The notes under the pieces are model-generated. The model was not told where the DNA came from and ran no database searches. It saw only the letters and a program-made list of their open reading frames with translations. A program made the position numbers and the translations under genes. 64,000 nucleotides of DNA from Oceanispirochaeta sp. (GTDB lineage: Bacteria > Spirochaetota > Spirochaetia > DSM-2461), in contig CAXXXD010000001.1 in the NCBI GenBank assembly GCA_963663385.2, forward strand, positions 320,001 through 384,000. The letters run 5' to 3'. Shown in pieces: positions 1 to 9,730 of this stretch (its first letter is position 1; each line of letters begins with the position of its first letter).

Positions 1-1444
1 TTTCATGATAGACGAGGAGACAGACAGCAATGAAACCGCCCGTTTGAAATACCGCTACCTGGACCTCCGGTCTCAGGGTATGCAGAACAGGATTATTCTC
101 CGTAACAAGGTAACCTACGCCTTGAGAGAGTACCTGCAGAAGAATGATTTTCTTGAAATTGAAACCCCCACTCTTATAAAGTCCACCCCGGAAGGAGCCA
201 GAGATTTCCTGGTTCCCTCCAGACTGCATGCGGGCAGGTTTTTTGCCCTCCCCCAGTCTCCCCAGCTCTATAAGCAGCTGCTGATGGTTTCGGGGTTTGA
301 CAAATATTTCCAGGTAGCCCGCTGTTACAGGGACGAGGATGCCAGAGGGGATCGTCAGCTTGAATTCACCCAGATCGATATGGAGATGAGTTTTGTCTCC
401 CGTGATGATATTTTCAAAATTACCGAAGGCATGATGGGGCATATTTTCAAGGAGTCACTGGGGATTGACCTTCCTGTGGAGTTTGAACGCCTCACCTACG
501 ATGATGCCATGAACTTCTATGGAAGCGACAAACCGGACCTTCGTTTCGGTATGGCCTTTAAGGATTTTGCACCTTTCGTGCCGGCCAGCAGCTTTAGTGT
601 ATTCAAATCCGTTCTGGAAGAAGGTGGAGCTGTTAAGGCTCTGGTTGTACCCGGTGCGGCGGCAGACTACTCCAGAAAGAAAATCAGCGACCTGGAAGAA
701 ACTGCCAAAACCTATGGGGCAAAAGGCCTGGCCTGGATGAAGGTGACAGCCGACGGGCTGGACGGCGGCGTTTCAAAATTCTATGCCGATCAGGCGGAAG
801 CCATCTGCAGCGGACTGGAAGCAAAAGAGGGGGACCTTATCCTTCTGATGGGAGCCTCCTGGAAAGTAGCCTGCAACTCCCTGGGGGCCGTTCGATCCAG
901 ACTGGGTAAAGATCTCAGTCTGATCGACGAGAGTCAGTTCAAGTTTGCCTGGATCATTGACTTCCCTCTTTTTGAATGGAATGAGGAGGAACAGGCCTGG
1001 GAACCGGCTCACCACATGTTTTCCATGCCCCAGGAACAGTTCCTGGAAACCATGGAGTCCGATCCGGGCCCCGTCAAGGGAGACCTGTACGACCTTGTTC
1101 TGAACGGCTATGAACTGGCCAGCGGTTCCATCAGGGTTCACGATCCTGAACTGCAGCAGAGGATATTCAATGTTGTAGGCTTCCCCAAAGAAGTTGCGGA
1201 AGAACGGTTCGGCTTTCTTTTGGAATCTTTCCGCTACGGTGCGCCTCCTCACGGAGGAATTGCAGCCGGGCTGGACAGGCTTGTTATGATTATGGCCGGC
1301 AAGGAGTCCATTAAAGAGGTTATTCCCTTTCCGAAGAACAACGCCGGTATGTCCCCCATGGATGAAAGCCCCGCCACCGTTGATGAGGATCAGCTGAAAG
1401 ATCTTCACCTGGATATTGTCCTACCGGAAGAAAAAAGCGAATAA
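1..1444 (+). CDS. aspS: Aspartate--tRNA ligase, 5' part outside the window
   Basis: RLKYRYLDLR, motif 2 CYRDED...EFTQIDMEMSF, GAD insert, motif 3 GAPPHGGIAAGLDRL; the N-terminal anticodon-binding domain lies before base 1. Confidence 0.96.
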   Translation, partial: FMIDEETDSNETARLKYRYLDLRSQGMQNRIILRNKVTYALREYLQKNDFLEIETPTLIKSTPEGARDFLVPSRLHAGRFFALPQSPQLYKQLLMVSGFDKYFQVARCYRDEDARGDRQLEFTQIDMEMSFVSRDDIFKITEGMMGHIFKESLGIDLPVEFERLTYDDAMNFYGSDKPDLRFGMAFKDFAPFVPASSFSVFKSVLEEGGAVKALVVPGAAADYSRKKISDLEETAKTYGAKGLAWMKVTADGLDGGVSKFYADQAEAICSGLEAKEGDLILLMGASWKVACNSLGAVRSRLGKDLSLIDESQFKFAWIIDFPLFEWNEEEQAWEPAHHMFSMPQEQFLETMESDPGPVKGDLYDLVLNGYELASGSIRVHDPELQQRIFNVVGFPKEVAEERFGFLLESFRYGAPPHGGIAAGLDRLVMIMAGKESIKEVIPFPKNNAGMSPMDESPATVDEDQLKDLHLDIVLPEEKSE

Positions 1445-1445
1445 G

Positions 1446-1483
1446 CCCTCTTCCCCGCCCCTTCTCCCAGGGGGAGAAGGGAG
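1446..1483. repeat. REP-like C-rich/G-rich hairpin element
   Basis: CCCTTCTCCC(1459-68)-AGG-GGGAGAAGGG(1472-81) perfect 10-bp stem preceded by CCCTCTTCCCCG. Confidence 0.4.
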
Positions 1484-1495
1484 GAATCAAGACAT

Positions 1496-1528
1496 AAAAA
1501 ACCGCCGATGTAATATTGGCGGTTTTTT
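1496..1528. terminator. Bidirectional intrinsic terminator between convergent genes
   Basis: AAAAAACCGCCGAT-GTAAT-ATTGGCGGTTTTTT. Confidence 0.75.
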
Positions 1529-1609
1529 AGATCAAATAGCAGATCCAGGTTTCATCATTCAAGTCTTTACAGATGGATTATATTTAGATCCCCGAGCGGA
1601 GTCGAGGGG

Positions 1610-2938
1610 CTAAATCGTCAAATCGTTTTTTTCATCCTCATCGTTCAATGTCTTAACAATAAACTCGTTTGTGCGCTGCAGACGGTTGGCCAGCAGACGA
1701 CTGATAAAGAGCCCGTACTGGGGAAACCTTTTAAGAACCTGAATGAAGGATTTGCGGGGTATCCGAATCAGCTTTCCAGGAGTTTCAGCAATGACAGAGG
1801 CACTTCTGTTTTTGTTGAGAAGAAAAGCCATCTCCCCCATAAAGACATCCTCCGGGGTAATATGACCCACAACCTTCCCGTGGTGTACAACCTTGTAATT
1901 TCCGCTGGAAATATAGAATATGGAATCACCCGGATCACCGGCGCGGACCACAACATCCCCCGGCCGGATGGCAAGCATTTCCTCTCCCGAAAATCCGGCA
2001 GGTGTCAAACGCTCATGCAGTTTCCGGTTTTTCATTATCATGGAAACCTGAGTTCCCTTCTTGTTGAAGAAAATCCGGTCTGCCACAATCCTGGAAAGGA
2101 GAATGCCTCTCCCGCTGAGAGAGTCGGAAGTGGCCTTCTGCAGACTTTTTTTAAACTGGTCCACATCAAAACCTTCCCCCTCGTCACTTATAATAAACCG
2201 GGACTCCTCTTCTGTAAGATCCCATTCCAGAAGTACTTTTTTTCTTGCAACTTCCGGGTCCTGGTTTCTATCGGATATCATCTGAATCAGGCTGGAGCCT
2301 GTGGCAAGCCCCTCGTCCCTGACCTCTCTGCTGATTCCGCAGTTTCCATGTTCTATGGCATTTAAAACCAATTCGGAAAGGGCCATCTGGAGTTTGAAAC
2401 GTTCTTCGTCTGTAATCCGGCCGGAGCGGACCATATTGATGGCGAGTAATCCGGCATAGACGGAAGCAACGGCATAATCCGAATTACTGATGGAAAAAGC
2501 TCCGGAAAATTTATTCAGAATACTGTCTGCCAGCTCGTTTTGATAAATCAGCTGCCTGTTGGCGTAGACAATAGAGAGGATTTTGCTGAAGTGCGTCCTG
2601 ATCTGGGAATAGTCCAGCAGTGCCAGAAGGTTAAGGTGCCTGTACTGATCCAGCAGCCTGGATTCTTCATGCCGTCCCAGGTCATATACACCGATCAGTC
2701 CGGAACTGTGCAGCCAGGAGTCTTCCAGAATCTTCTCCTTGAGATGAGTCAGGTCCAGCTTTTTATCCGACAGGTGAACAATGGTCAGATCCGGAAGTTC
2801 GAAATTCAGCAGATCCAGAGCCTCCGATACATTGTCGGTAAAACGCAAATGGAAATCTCCGGGGAATTCATTTTGAATAACCCGTTCGATTCCCTGATTG
2901 ATGATGGAATCACTGCATATTGTTGCTATCGTATTCAT
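1610..2938 (-). CDS. Signalling protein: receiver-like domain + RsbW-type HATPase_c + cyclic-nucleotide-binding domain
   Basis: LSELVLNAIEHGN (N box), ISDEGEGFD (G1), SGRGILL (G2); C-terminal GDPGDSIFYISSG...FMGEMAFL...RSASVIA cNMP signature. Confidence 0.8.
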   Translation of the reverse strand: MNTIATICSDSIINQGIERVIQNEFPGDFHLRFTDNVSEALDLLNFELPDLTIVHLSDKKLDLTHLKEKILEDSWLHSSGLIGVYDLGRHEESRLLDQYRHLNLLALLDYSQIRTHFSKILSIVYANRQLIYQNELADSILNKFSGAFSISNSDYAVASVYAGLLAINMVRSGRITDEERFKLQMALSELVLNAIEHGNCGISREVRDEGLATGSSLIQMISDRNQDPEVARKKVLLEWDLTEEESRFIISDEGEGFDVDQFKKSLQKATSDSLSGRGILLSRIVADRIFFNKKGTQVSMIMKNRKLHERLTPAGFSGEEMLAIRPGDVVVRAGDPGDSIFYISSGNYKVVHHGKVVGHITPEDVFMGEMAFLLNKNRSASVIAETPGKLIRIPRKSFIQVLKRFPQYGLFISRLLANRLQRTNEFIVKTLNDEDEKNDLTI

Positions 2939-3025
2939 ATAATCCTGACTCTTCTATCTCCGGCTGAAAGTTAATAATTAATATTAATTGATTTCTGATA
3001 GGAAAGCCAGCACCTTTTTATTTTA

Positions 3026-3057
3026 TTGACTAATCTGTGAATATTTTCACAGATTAG
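3026..3057 (+). promoter_or_regulatory. Rex-type operator overlapping a putative -35 box
   Basis: Perfect inverted repeat CTAATCTGTGAA-TATT-TTCACAGATTAG (3030-3057) containing TGTGAA-N4-TTCACA; TTGACT at 3026-3031. Confidence 0.75.
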
Positions 3058-3095
3058 AGTTGTGCTTTTTCAACCCTTGCATTAAAGTCTCAAAC

Positions 3096-3728
3096 ATGAG
3101 GTCAGACAAGCTTTCAAAAGTGTCCCGGATGAGGATGCTTCGACTCTATTTATACCTGAACAGTCTTGAACCGGAATGGCTGGATATAAAAATGACCTCT
3201 GAAGAACTGGCAAAAGAGATGAACAGTACTGCCGTATCAGTCAGAAAGGATTTGAATTCCATTGGCTGCCGGGCCGAGGGCTGGGGCTATCCTCTGGGAA
3301 GCCTGACCAGACAGCTCAGGATAAAGCTGCTGCCTGATTCAGTTGTAAAGGCGGGATTATGCGGTCTGGAACCCTGGGGCACAATTCTTTTGAACAACAG
3401 CAATCTCCTGCCGGGGATTGAGATTGTGGCCGGTTTTGACAGCAGCATGAACAGGCTGGAACGGACAAGTGCGAAAGTGCCTCTTTTTCCGGCATATGAG
3501 ATAACCGAAATATTTGGAAGGGAGAAAATTCTGTTCGGGATTATCTCCTCAGGCGGAGAAAATGCTCAGAAGATCGCCGACAGGATGATAAAGGGCGGCA
3601 CCCTGGCCATATTGAATATGACCCCCTGCCCCATACGGGTACCGGAAGATGTTTTCACCTATCAGGCAGATTTTCAAAGCGGGATACTGAAGCTCCTCTC
3701 ACTTATGAGCGGAACTTTTAACACATAA
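3096..3728 (+). CDS. Rex-family redox-sensing repressor-like protein (divergent)
   Basis: RLYLY...TSEELA...SVRKDLNSIG...GWGY winged helix; IVAGFD, AQKIADRMIKGG..AILN Rossmann-like domain; ATG 3096 preferred over TTG 3060. Confidence 0.75.
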   Translation: MRSDKLSKVSRMRMLRLYLYLNSLEPEWLDIKMTSEELAKEMNSTAVSVRKDLNSIGCRAEGWGYPLGSLTRQLRIKLLPDSVVKAGLCGLEPWGTILLNNSNLLPGIEIVAGFDSSMNRLERTSAKVPLFPAYEITEIFGREKILFGIISSGGENAQKIADRMIKGGTLAILNMTPCPIRVPEDVFTYQADFQSGILKLLSLMSGTFNT

Positions 3729-3754
3729 AAAAATAGGAATATCAGGAGTTCACA

Positions 3755-4927
3755 ATGTTTGCCATTCAGACTTTAAACAAAATTTCGTCCAAAGGACTGG
3801 ATCGACTGCCGCGGGAACAGTTTGAGACAGCCACCGAACTGACTCACCCGGATGCGATTCTTGTCAGGAGCTACAAGATCCAGCAAGAAGAGATCAAGGA
3901 AACCGTAAAAGCCATAGGCAGAGCCGGAGCAGGTGTCAACAATATCCCCGTGGAATACTGTACAGAGAAGGGAATTGTTGTTTTCAATACCCCCGGAGCT
4001 AATGCCAACAGCGTAAAGGAACTTGTTCTGACAGGCCTGTTCATCTCATCCCGAAACATCAATGCAGGAATCAATTGGGTTCAAAGTCTCAAAAAGGACG
4101 ACGAAGTTCCCAGGCTTGTGGAAAAGGAGAAATCCAGGTTTGCCGGTCCCGAAGTACAGGGGAAAAAACTGGGTGTTATCGGACTCGGGGCCATTGGTGT
4201 ACTGGTCTCCAACGCAGCCCTCAGCCTTGGAATGGAAGTTACCGGTTATGACCCTTTTATCTCCATCAATGCAGCCTGGGGACTCTCCCCGGATGTAAAG
4301 AAAGCGAATTCCCTGGATCAGCTAATTGCCAATTCCGATTACATCAGCCTCCATATTCCCCTGACAGATAAAACCAGAGGAATTATCGATCAGAGTCAGT
4401 TCGATATTATGCAGAAAGGAACCCGTCTGATGAACTTTGCCAGGGGAGGCCTGGTTAATAACGAGAGCTTGAAAAAAGCCATTGAAGATGGAAAAATCAG
4501 CTATTACGTAACCGACTTTCCTGATGGAGACCTCCTGGGTAATCCCAATATCATAACCATCCCCCATCTGGGAGCCTCTTCTCCCGAGGCAGAGGAAAAC
4601 TGCGCCGTAATGGCTGCAAACCAGATACGGGCATTTCTTGAGACGGGAAATATAACCAACTCTGTTAACTTCCCCAAATGCGTTATGGACTATGAGGGAG
4701 GTCACCGCATCCTCATTGCCAATAAAAATATCCCCAACATGGTTGGTCAGATCTCTACAACCCTGGCAGACAGCGGATTGAACATTCAGGAGATGATGAA
4801 TAAACACCAGGATGATATTGCCTACAACATAATCGATGTATCAGGGGAACCCGATGCGGCTCTGATTCAGAAACTGAAAGAGATTGAAGGCGTTGTTATG
4901 GTAAGGCACATTACTCCGGAAGAGTAA
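3755..4927 (+). CDS. serA: D-3-phosphoglycerate dehydrogenase with C-terminal ACT-like domain
   Basis: RAGAGVNNI, NTPGANA, GVIGLGAIG, NFARG, PHLGAS. Confidence 0.85.
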   Translation: MFAIQTLNKISSKGLDRLPREQFETATELTHPDAILVRSYKIQQEEIKETVKAIGRAGAGVNNIPVEYCTEKGIVVFNTPGANANSVKELVLTGLFISSRNINAGINWVQSLKKDDEVPRLVEKEKSRFAGPEVQGKKLGVIGLGAIGVLVSNAALSLGMEVTGYDPFISINAAWGLSPDVKKANSLDQLIANSDYISLHIPLTDKTRGIIDQSQFDIMQKGTRLMNFARGGLVNNESLKKAIEDGKISYYVTDFPDGDLLGNPNIITIPHLGASSPEAEENCAVMAANQIRAFLETGNITNSVNFPKCVMDYEGGHRILIANKNIPNMVGQISTTLADSGLNIQEMMNKHQDDIAYNIIDVSGEPDAALIQKLKEIEGVVMVRHITPEE

Positions 4928-4932
4928 TATCC

Positions 4933-5631
4933 TTAGTTGGCGGGATAATTTTTTAAATCATCCAGAAGATACAGGATCCGGACAAATGAACTGTATTGTC
5001 CGGATCCAATAACGATCCGGGGGGGGTGACTGAGAGTAAGAACCCCTCTCACTTCCCGGGGTCTGTTGTAGTGAAACTTCCGCAAATCTTCCCGGAGGGC
5101 CTGTTTTACAGCCTGAACCATGGCCTCAGTTCTACCGCCCTCTCCATAGATATCAGCCTGTCCCCGGCCTCCTGCAGCCCGATAACAGGTATTTGCATAC
5201 CGGGACAAACGCCTCTTCTGATACTCATCCGGCCAATAGGTAAAATGGATTCTGATATTTTCAAAATCTCCCGTCACGCTTTCCACATGCAGGGCGGGAT
5301 CTCCCCGGGAAATTGTGGCGAGGGGTTCCAGGTTGAACTGATCCTCCACCTCCAGATGATCTGCTCCGGGAACATAGAAGAAACTGAAACCGTAAATCAT
5401 TCCGGAAAATATCCACCGGGCTTCCTCCAGGAGAACTTCAACAGCCAGGTCCTGGACTTTCTGAAGATCATCGGGAGGAGAACCTATTCCATCTCCGGGC
5501 TTCATCAGGGAAAAGCCGAAAAGAGAGAGGTCTTCGCTTAATTCAATGGAAAGATAGGGATCCTGAGCAGACAGCGGAAAACCTATCAGCCAGAGAACAC
5601 TGAGCGCTGCAATTACCCGCCGGTTCATCAC
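4933..5631 (-). CDS. Hypothetical exported protein
   Basis: 232-aa ORF with signal-peptide-like N-terminus, co-oriented with neighbours. Confidence 0.65.
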   Translation of the reverse strand: MMNRRVIAALSVLWLIGFPLSAQDPYLSIELSEDLSLFGFSLMKPGDGIGSPPDDLQKVQDLAVEVLLEEARWIFSGMIYGFSFFYVPGADHLEVEDQFNLEPLATISRGDPALHVESVTGDFENIRIHFTYWPDEYQKRRLSRYANTCYRAAGGRGQADIYGEGGRTEAMVQAVKQALREDLRKFHYNRPREVRGVLTLSHPPRIVIGSGQYSSFVRILYLLDDLKNYPAN

Positions 5632-5634
5632 TTC

Positions 5635-6291
5635 TCAGTTCCAGGGATTTCCCCGGGAGTCTTTAAATACAGTGACAGGATCCATTCCCAGCCTGATAAT
5701 GAAATAAAGATACCCGAACAGGAGACCGGCCAGATGAGTCATATGAGCAACACCGCCCTGCAGACCGAATACCATGGAAAAAATTTCAATTGCCGCATAG
5801 AGGGTTACCATAACAGGTGTTCTCATGGGGAGAATTCCAAACAGATAAACCCTTGAGTGAGGGAAAAACACGGCAAAAGCGAGCAGAATGGCAAACAGCC
5901 CCCCCGAGGCTCCCATAAGAAAGACCATATAAGCTCCGGTCAGCAGGTAGACGACCAGAGAAAACAGACCGGATAAGATGCCTGTCAGAAAGTAGTACAC
6001 GAGGAATTCAGTTGAGCCCATCCGCTCTTCCAGCTGGGGTCCGAAAAAGAACAGCCCCAGCATATTAAAAAGGATATGATTCATCCCTCCATGAACAAAC
6101 ATGTATGTCAGAGGGGTCCAGTAAAAATGTCTTTGAATAAAGAGGACCGGGTTTAAAGCCAGATAGGCCCGTATCTGAGGAAAGAGATAGGTTAAAAAAT
6201 AAACGGCAAGATTAACACCGATTAAAATAAGAGAATAATTTGAAAAATGATAGGGAAAGCTTTTTCGTATCCCTTTTCCGTATTGCTGCAT
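5635..6291 (-). CDS. Rhomboid-family intramembrane serine protease
   Basis: HILFNM, GASG catalytic Ser, AHMTHLAG catalytic His, several TM helices. Confidence 0.92.
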   Translation of the reverse strand: MQQYGKGIRKSFPYHFSNYSLILIGVNLAVYFLTYLFPQIRAYLALNPVLFIQRHFYWTPLTYMFVHGGMNHILFNMLGLFFFGPQLEERMGSTEFLVYYFLTGILSGLFSLVVYLLTGAYMVFLMGASGGLFAILLAFAVFFPHSRVYLFGILPMRTPVMVTLYAAIEIFSMVFGLQGGVAHMTHLAGLLFGYLYFIIRLGMDPVTVFKDSRGNPWN

Positions 6292-6350
6292 GATTATAAG
6301 GTAACCCTGCCCCGGAGAAAGATCAATCTTTTCTCCCGATTTATCTCATC

Positions 6351-7937
6351 TTATTGCAGAGAGAACAATCTGAAACGGGTCTCACCCATCTCGTCAATGA
6401 CAAGAGAGTTATCCGCAGACAGGTATAAACTGCCCTGAGCCGATGAAAAATCGTATTCCACAACAGTAAAGATTTTTGATCTGTTTACAAACTCGCTGTA
6501 GTCAATCCGGATGGAGGGAACATCCCTGTTTCCTTCCCTCTGATCCAGAGAGATCAGAGCAATCAGGATACGCCCCCGGTCCCGTATAATCCACCAGGCA
6601 TAGCTGTCATCGGCAACAACTTTCAGAAGCCGCCCTTTTCTGAAAACATCCCTATAACGGGTATATACATCCTCAATTCTGTTCTGAACCTGCCGGAACA
6701 CCCTGTCTTCCAGGAATTCACTGTCAATCAGCAGGGGACGACGGTATCGCCCCAGTCCGCTGAACCGGGTCAGGAAATAGGTCCTCAGGGCATCAGAACG
6801 TTTATGCTGCTTACTGCTGATGGAAACAGTCCGGGAGTAAGGGATTTTCTTCCCTTCATTCATTTCAAAAAGGTCTCCCAGGGTATGGAACCAGGTATGA
6901 AAACTCTCCTCATCCATATCCTCTTCCTGCACTTCTGCGCAGCTGAAGAGGTTTGTCATCTCCTGAAAATCTTTTTCATAGGCCAGCAGGGGATGGTCCA
7001 CAATCCATCCGGTATATTTCCGCAGCCTCCCTTTTCCCGGATTCTGAACCAGTGTGACGGTTTTACGGGCTTCCTCAGGGGTCATGCCTTCGGGCAGGGA
7101 GAGGTAGATAAAGTCCATTGAATAACGATTCTGCAGATTCAGGAAAATATCGGCAAAATACTCCCTTCCGTCCCCGTTATCAAAATTGAAACAGACCGTA
7201 TCCTCCTCATTGAGAATAGACACAGGAGTTAGAGAGGCATCATATACTTTTTGCCTTATAGCCGTGTAGTCGTAATGCCCTTTTTCTATATAATCCGAAG
7301 CGGTAATGGCCCGCACTTCATCAACCGCATCGTTCTGCAGTTCCGGAGCTCTTCCGAATTTTTTCCATTTGAAGAACTCGGGCTTTCTATAGATAACAGC
7401 TGAATCGGGAGCGATCAGAGGAGAGAGGAAGTAACCTGTTTTCAAACCGATAAGGTGGGCAGCCGCCAGAAATAGGCGGAACTGATCTTCCAGGGAGATC
7501 CCCAGGGAATTCAGAAGAGGATCCGACAGCTCAGGGTCCAGCATGGAATGGCTGACCGGATAGAGAGGGAAGTCCTCCTGGATGCGTGTTACAGGAAACA
7601 GAACAATCGCATCGGTTCTGAGAAAAGGGAGAGAAGCGAGGGCCTTGAAAAAACTCCCGGCGTCCCTGACCTGACAGAACTGGAAATCGCTGGAACTCAT
7701 CCACCTGGCGTCCCGCCGCCGGCAGACCGGACTGGATGTGGAACGGAGAAGCGAGAGCCGCCTGTAGAAATCTACCAGAGTACCGGGTGAGAGAGCTTTT
7801 TCATCTTCTTTTCGGGTATCCAGGTATCCCCTGTGAGTATATTCACGGAATAAACGGAGCCCTGCCGCCGTGTCGCTTTCTGAAGCAGAAAAAGCCAGAG
7901 ATAAACGCTGCCATAAAACCTTACCTGATGCTGCCAT
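6351..7937 (-). CDS. Alpha-amylase (GH13)-fold-like protein, apparently degenerate
   Basis: DAIVLFPV...LDPELSDP...EDQFRLFLAAAHLIGLK resembles the GH13 N-terminal barrel; no recognisable nucleophile motif. Confidence 0.5.
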   Translation of the reverse strand: MAASGKVLWQRLSLAFSASESDTAAGLRLFREYTHRGYLDTRKEDEKALSPGTLVDFYRRLSLLRSTSSPVCRRRDARWMSSSDFQFCQVRDAGSFFKALASLPFLRTDAIVLFPVTRIQEDFPLYPVSHSMLDPELSDPLLNSLGISLEDQFRLFLAAAHLIGLKTGYFLSPLIAPDSAVIYRKPEFFKWKKFGRAPELQNDAVDEVRAITASDYIEKGHYDYTAIRQKVYDASLTPVSILNEEDTVCFNFDNGDGREYFADIFLNLQNRYSMDFIYLSLPEGMTPEEARKTVTLVQNPGKGRLRKYTGWIVDHPLLAYEKDFQEMTNLFSCAEVQEEDMDEESFHTWFHTLGDLFEMNEGKKIPYSRTVSISSKQHKRSDALRTYFLTRFSGLGRYRRPLLIDSEFLEDRVFRQVQNRIEDVYTRYRDVFRKGRLLKVVADDSYAWWIIRDRGRILIALISLDQREGNRDVPSIRIDYSEFVNRSKIFTVVEYDFSSAQGSLYLSADNSLVIDEMGETRFRLFSLQ

Positions 7938-7972
7938 ACACTATTATACCATAACTGATCGAAAATTTGCGA

Positions 7973-9022
7973 TTAGAGCATTTTCCTTATAAATTCCTCT
8001 ACCAGGTCTATCTGAAGGTTCCGTGCCGGTCCCGGATAAAACATCTCCTGAAGATCTTTCACAGCCCCGTCCATCATCTGCCGCGCCTTTTCTCCGGCCT
8101 GTTTGATGCTGCCGGCTTCCTCCAGAACGGCAATTGCCTCCTCCACGGCATTCTGTCCCTTCTCCATACCCAGGCGATTCGCTTTTTCAAAAAGTTCAAC
8201 CAGGCGGGGAATATCCGTATTCCCCGAGTTGTAATACATTATGACAGGGAGGCTTTTCTTCCCCTCCACAATATCATCGCCCCTGTGCTTGCCGGGGTTT
8301 CCGGTTGTCAGGTTCTTTACATCATCCAGGATCTGAAATCCCACGCCTATCCGTTCCCAGATATCTCCGGCGGCATCAGCCTCCGGAACAGATCCGCCGG
8401 CCATAAGAATCCCCGCCTGAGCGGCGAACCGGGCCAGGGCACCTGTTTTAAAGCGGCACATCTGCAGATATACGTCTATGGAGGGAACCTCCTTATGGTT
8501 GTTATGCCACTGAATATCCAGCCCCTGTCCAAAGTGCAGGCGCCTGAGATTTTCACAATAGGAGTCCAGAATTTCAAAGCGGGTTTCCGCCGGTTTCCGC
8601 AGGTTCCTGACCAGTCCGGTAGCATTGAAATACATCAGGTTCCCCGCATTAATGGACAGATCCTCTCCATACATCAGATGAACTGAAGGCTTTCCCCTCC
8701 GCTCAACCGAATCGTCCTCAATATCATCAATAATCAGGGAACCGTTATGGGCCAATTCCACCAGGGGAGAGAGAGGATAGACTTCTTCCGGATTCCCCCC
8801 GAACGCTTCATTGGTCAGAACCATAACCAGGGGACGCCAGCGTTTTCCGCCCCGTTTAAGCAGTTCCACCCCAGGGGCATGAAAGGTATTGATCATGCCA
8901 ACAGGGACATCGGCCTCTTTAGTTTTAGTCATCCCGTCCATCCAGCTCTCATCTGCAGATTCAGGCATTACACCATACAGAGCCCCTTCAATTTTCCCCA
9001 ATCTATCTTTATACTGATCCAT
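7973..9022 (-). CDS. Polyprenyl diphosphate synthase
   Basis: GGKRWRP, DDIED..RRG (FARM), KT, FQILDD, DDIVEGK. Confidence 0.93.
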   Translation of the reverse strand: MDQYKDRLGKIEGALYGVMPESADESWMDGMTKTKEADVPVGMINTFHAPGVELLKRGGKRWRPLVMVLTNEAFGGNPEEVYPLSPLVELAHNGSLIIDDIEDDSVERRGKPSVHLMYGEDLSINAGNLMYFNATGLVRNLRKPAETRFEILDSYCENLRRLHFGQGLDIQWHNNHKEVPSIDVYLQMCRFKTGALARFAAQAGILMAGGSVPEADAAGDIWERIGVGFQILDDVKNLTTGNPGKHRGDDIVEGKKSLPVIMYYNSGNTDIPRLVELFEKANRLGMEKGQNAVEEAIAVLEEAGSIKQAGEKARQMMDGAVKDLQEMFYPGPARNLQIDLVEEFIRKML

Positions 9023-9072
9023 ATTATTATCCTTTCTTTTTCAAGGGTTATTATAGACAAGGAGAAACCATT

Positions 9073-9669
9073 ATGTCCAATCGCAGCCGTCCCGACTTCT
9101 ATACACAGAAAGCTAAAAAAGAGGGATATATGGCCCGTTCCGTCTATAAACTGGAGGAGATACAGAATAAAACCAGGCTTATAAAACCAGGGGATACGGT
9201 TCTGGATGTAGGGGCTTCTCCCGGCAGCTGGACCCAGTATGTCCTTCGACTGTTAAAGGGAAAAGGCAAGGTTGTCGGGGCCGATCTAAAACCCCTGGGA
9301 AACTTCAAGGCAAAGGGAGACCTCTCCTTCATACAGGGGGATGTCTTCTCGGAAGATATTACGGAGCAGCTGAAAGCCCATGGTCCCTTTGATGTGATAA
9401 TAAGCGATGCGGCCCCCTCCACTTCCGGCAACAGACTGATGGATACCAGACGGTCCTACGATCTTGTAGAGAGGATTTTCGAGTTTTCCCTTAAATGGCT
9501 CAAACCGGGAGGGAACTTTACGGTCAAGGTGTTTCAGGGCGGTGACGAACAGGAGATTTTCGACCGAATGAAGGAAGAATTCGATCAGGTGAAACGGCTG
9601 AAGCCCAAGGCTGTGAGGAAGGAGTCCTTTGAGACATATTTTATCGGGCTGGGACGGAAAGGGGAGTAA
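9073..9669 (+). CDS. rlmE: 23S rRNA Um2552 methyltransferase RlmE/FtsJ
   Basis: AKKEGYMARSVYKLEEI, LDVGASPGSW, SDAAP, KVFQG, KPKAVRKESFE. Confidence 0.92.
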   Translation: MSNRSRPDFYTQKAKKEGYMARSVYKLEEIQNKTRLIKPGDTVLDVGASPGSWTQYVLRLLKGKGKVVGADLKPLGNFKAKGDLSFIQGDVFSEDITEQLKAHGPFDVIISDAAPSTSGNRLMDTRRSYDLVERIFEFSLKWLKPGGNFTVKVFQGGDEQEIFDRMKEEFDQVKRLKPKAVRKESFETYFIGLGRKGE

Positions 9670-9730
9670 GTTCCCTCCTTTTATGATCAGCAGGGATGGA
9701 TTAATTCAACTGAACGCATCTTCGGAGATT

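Noticed and set aside
1..1444. aspS as a truncated pseudogene
   Set aside because: The missing N-terminus is explained by the window edge
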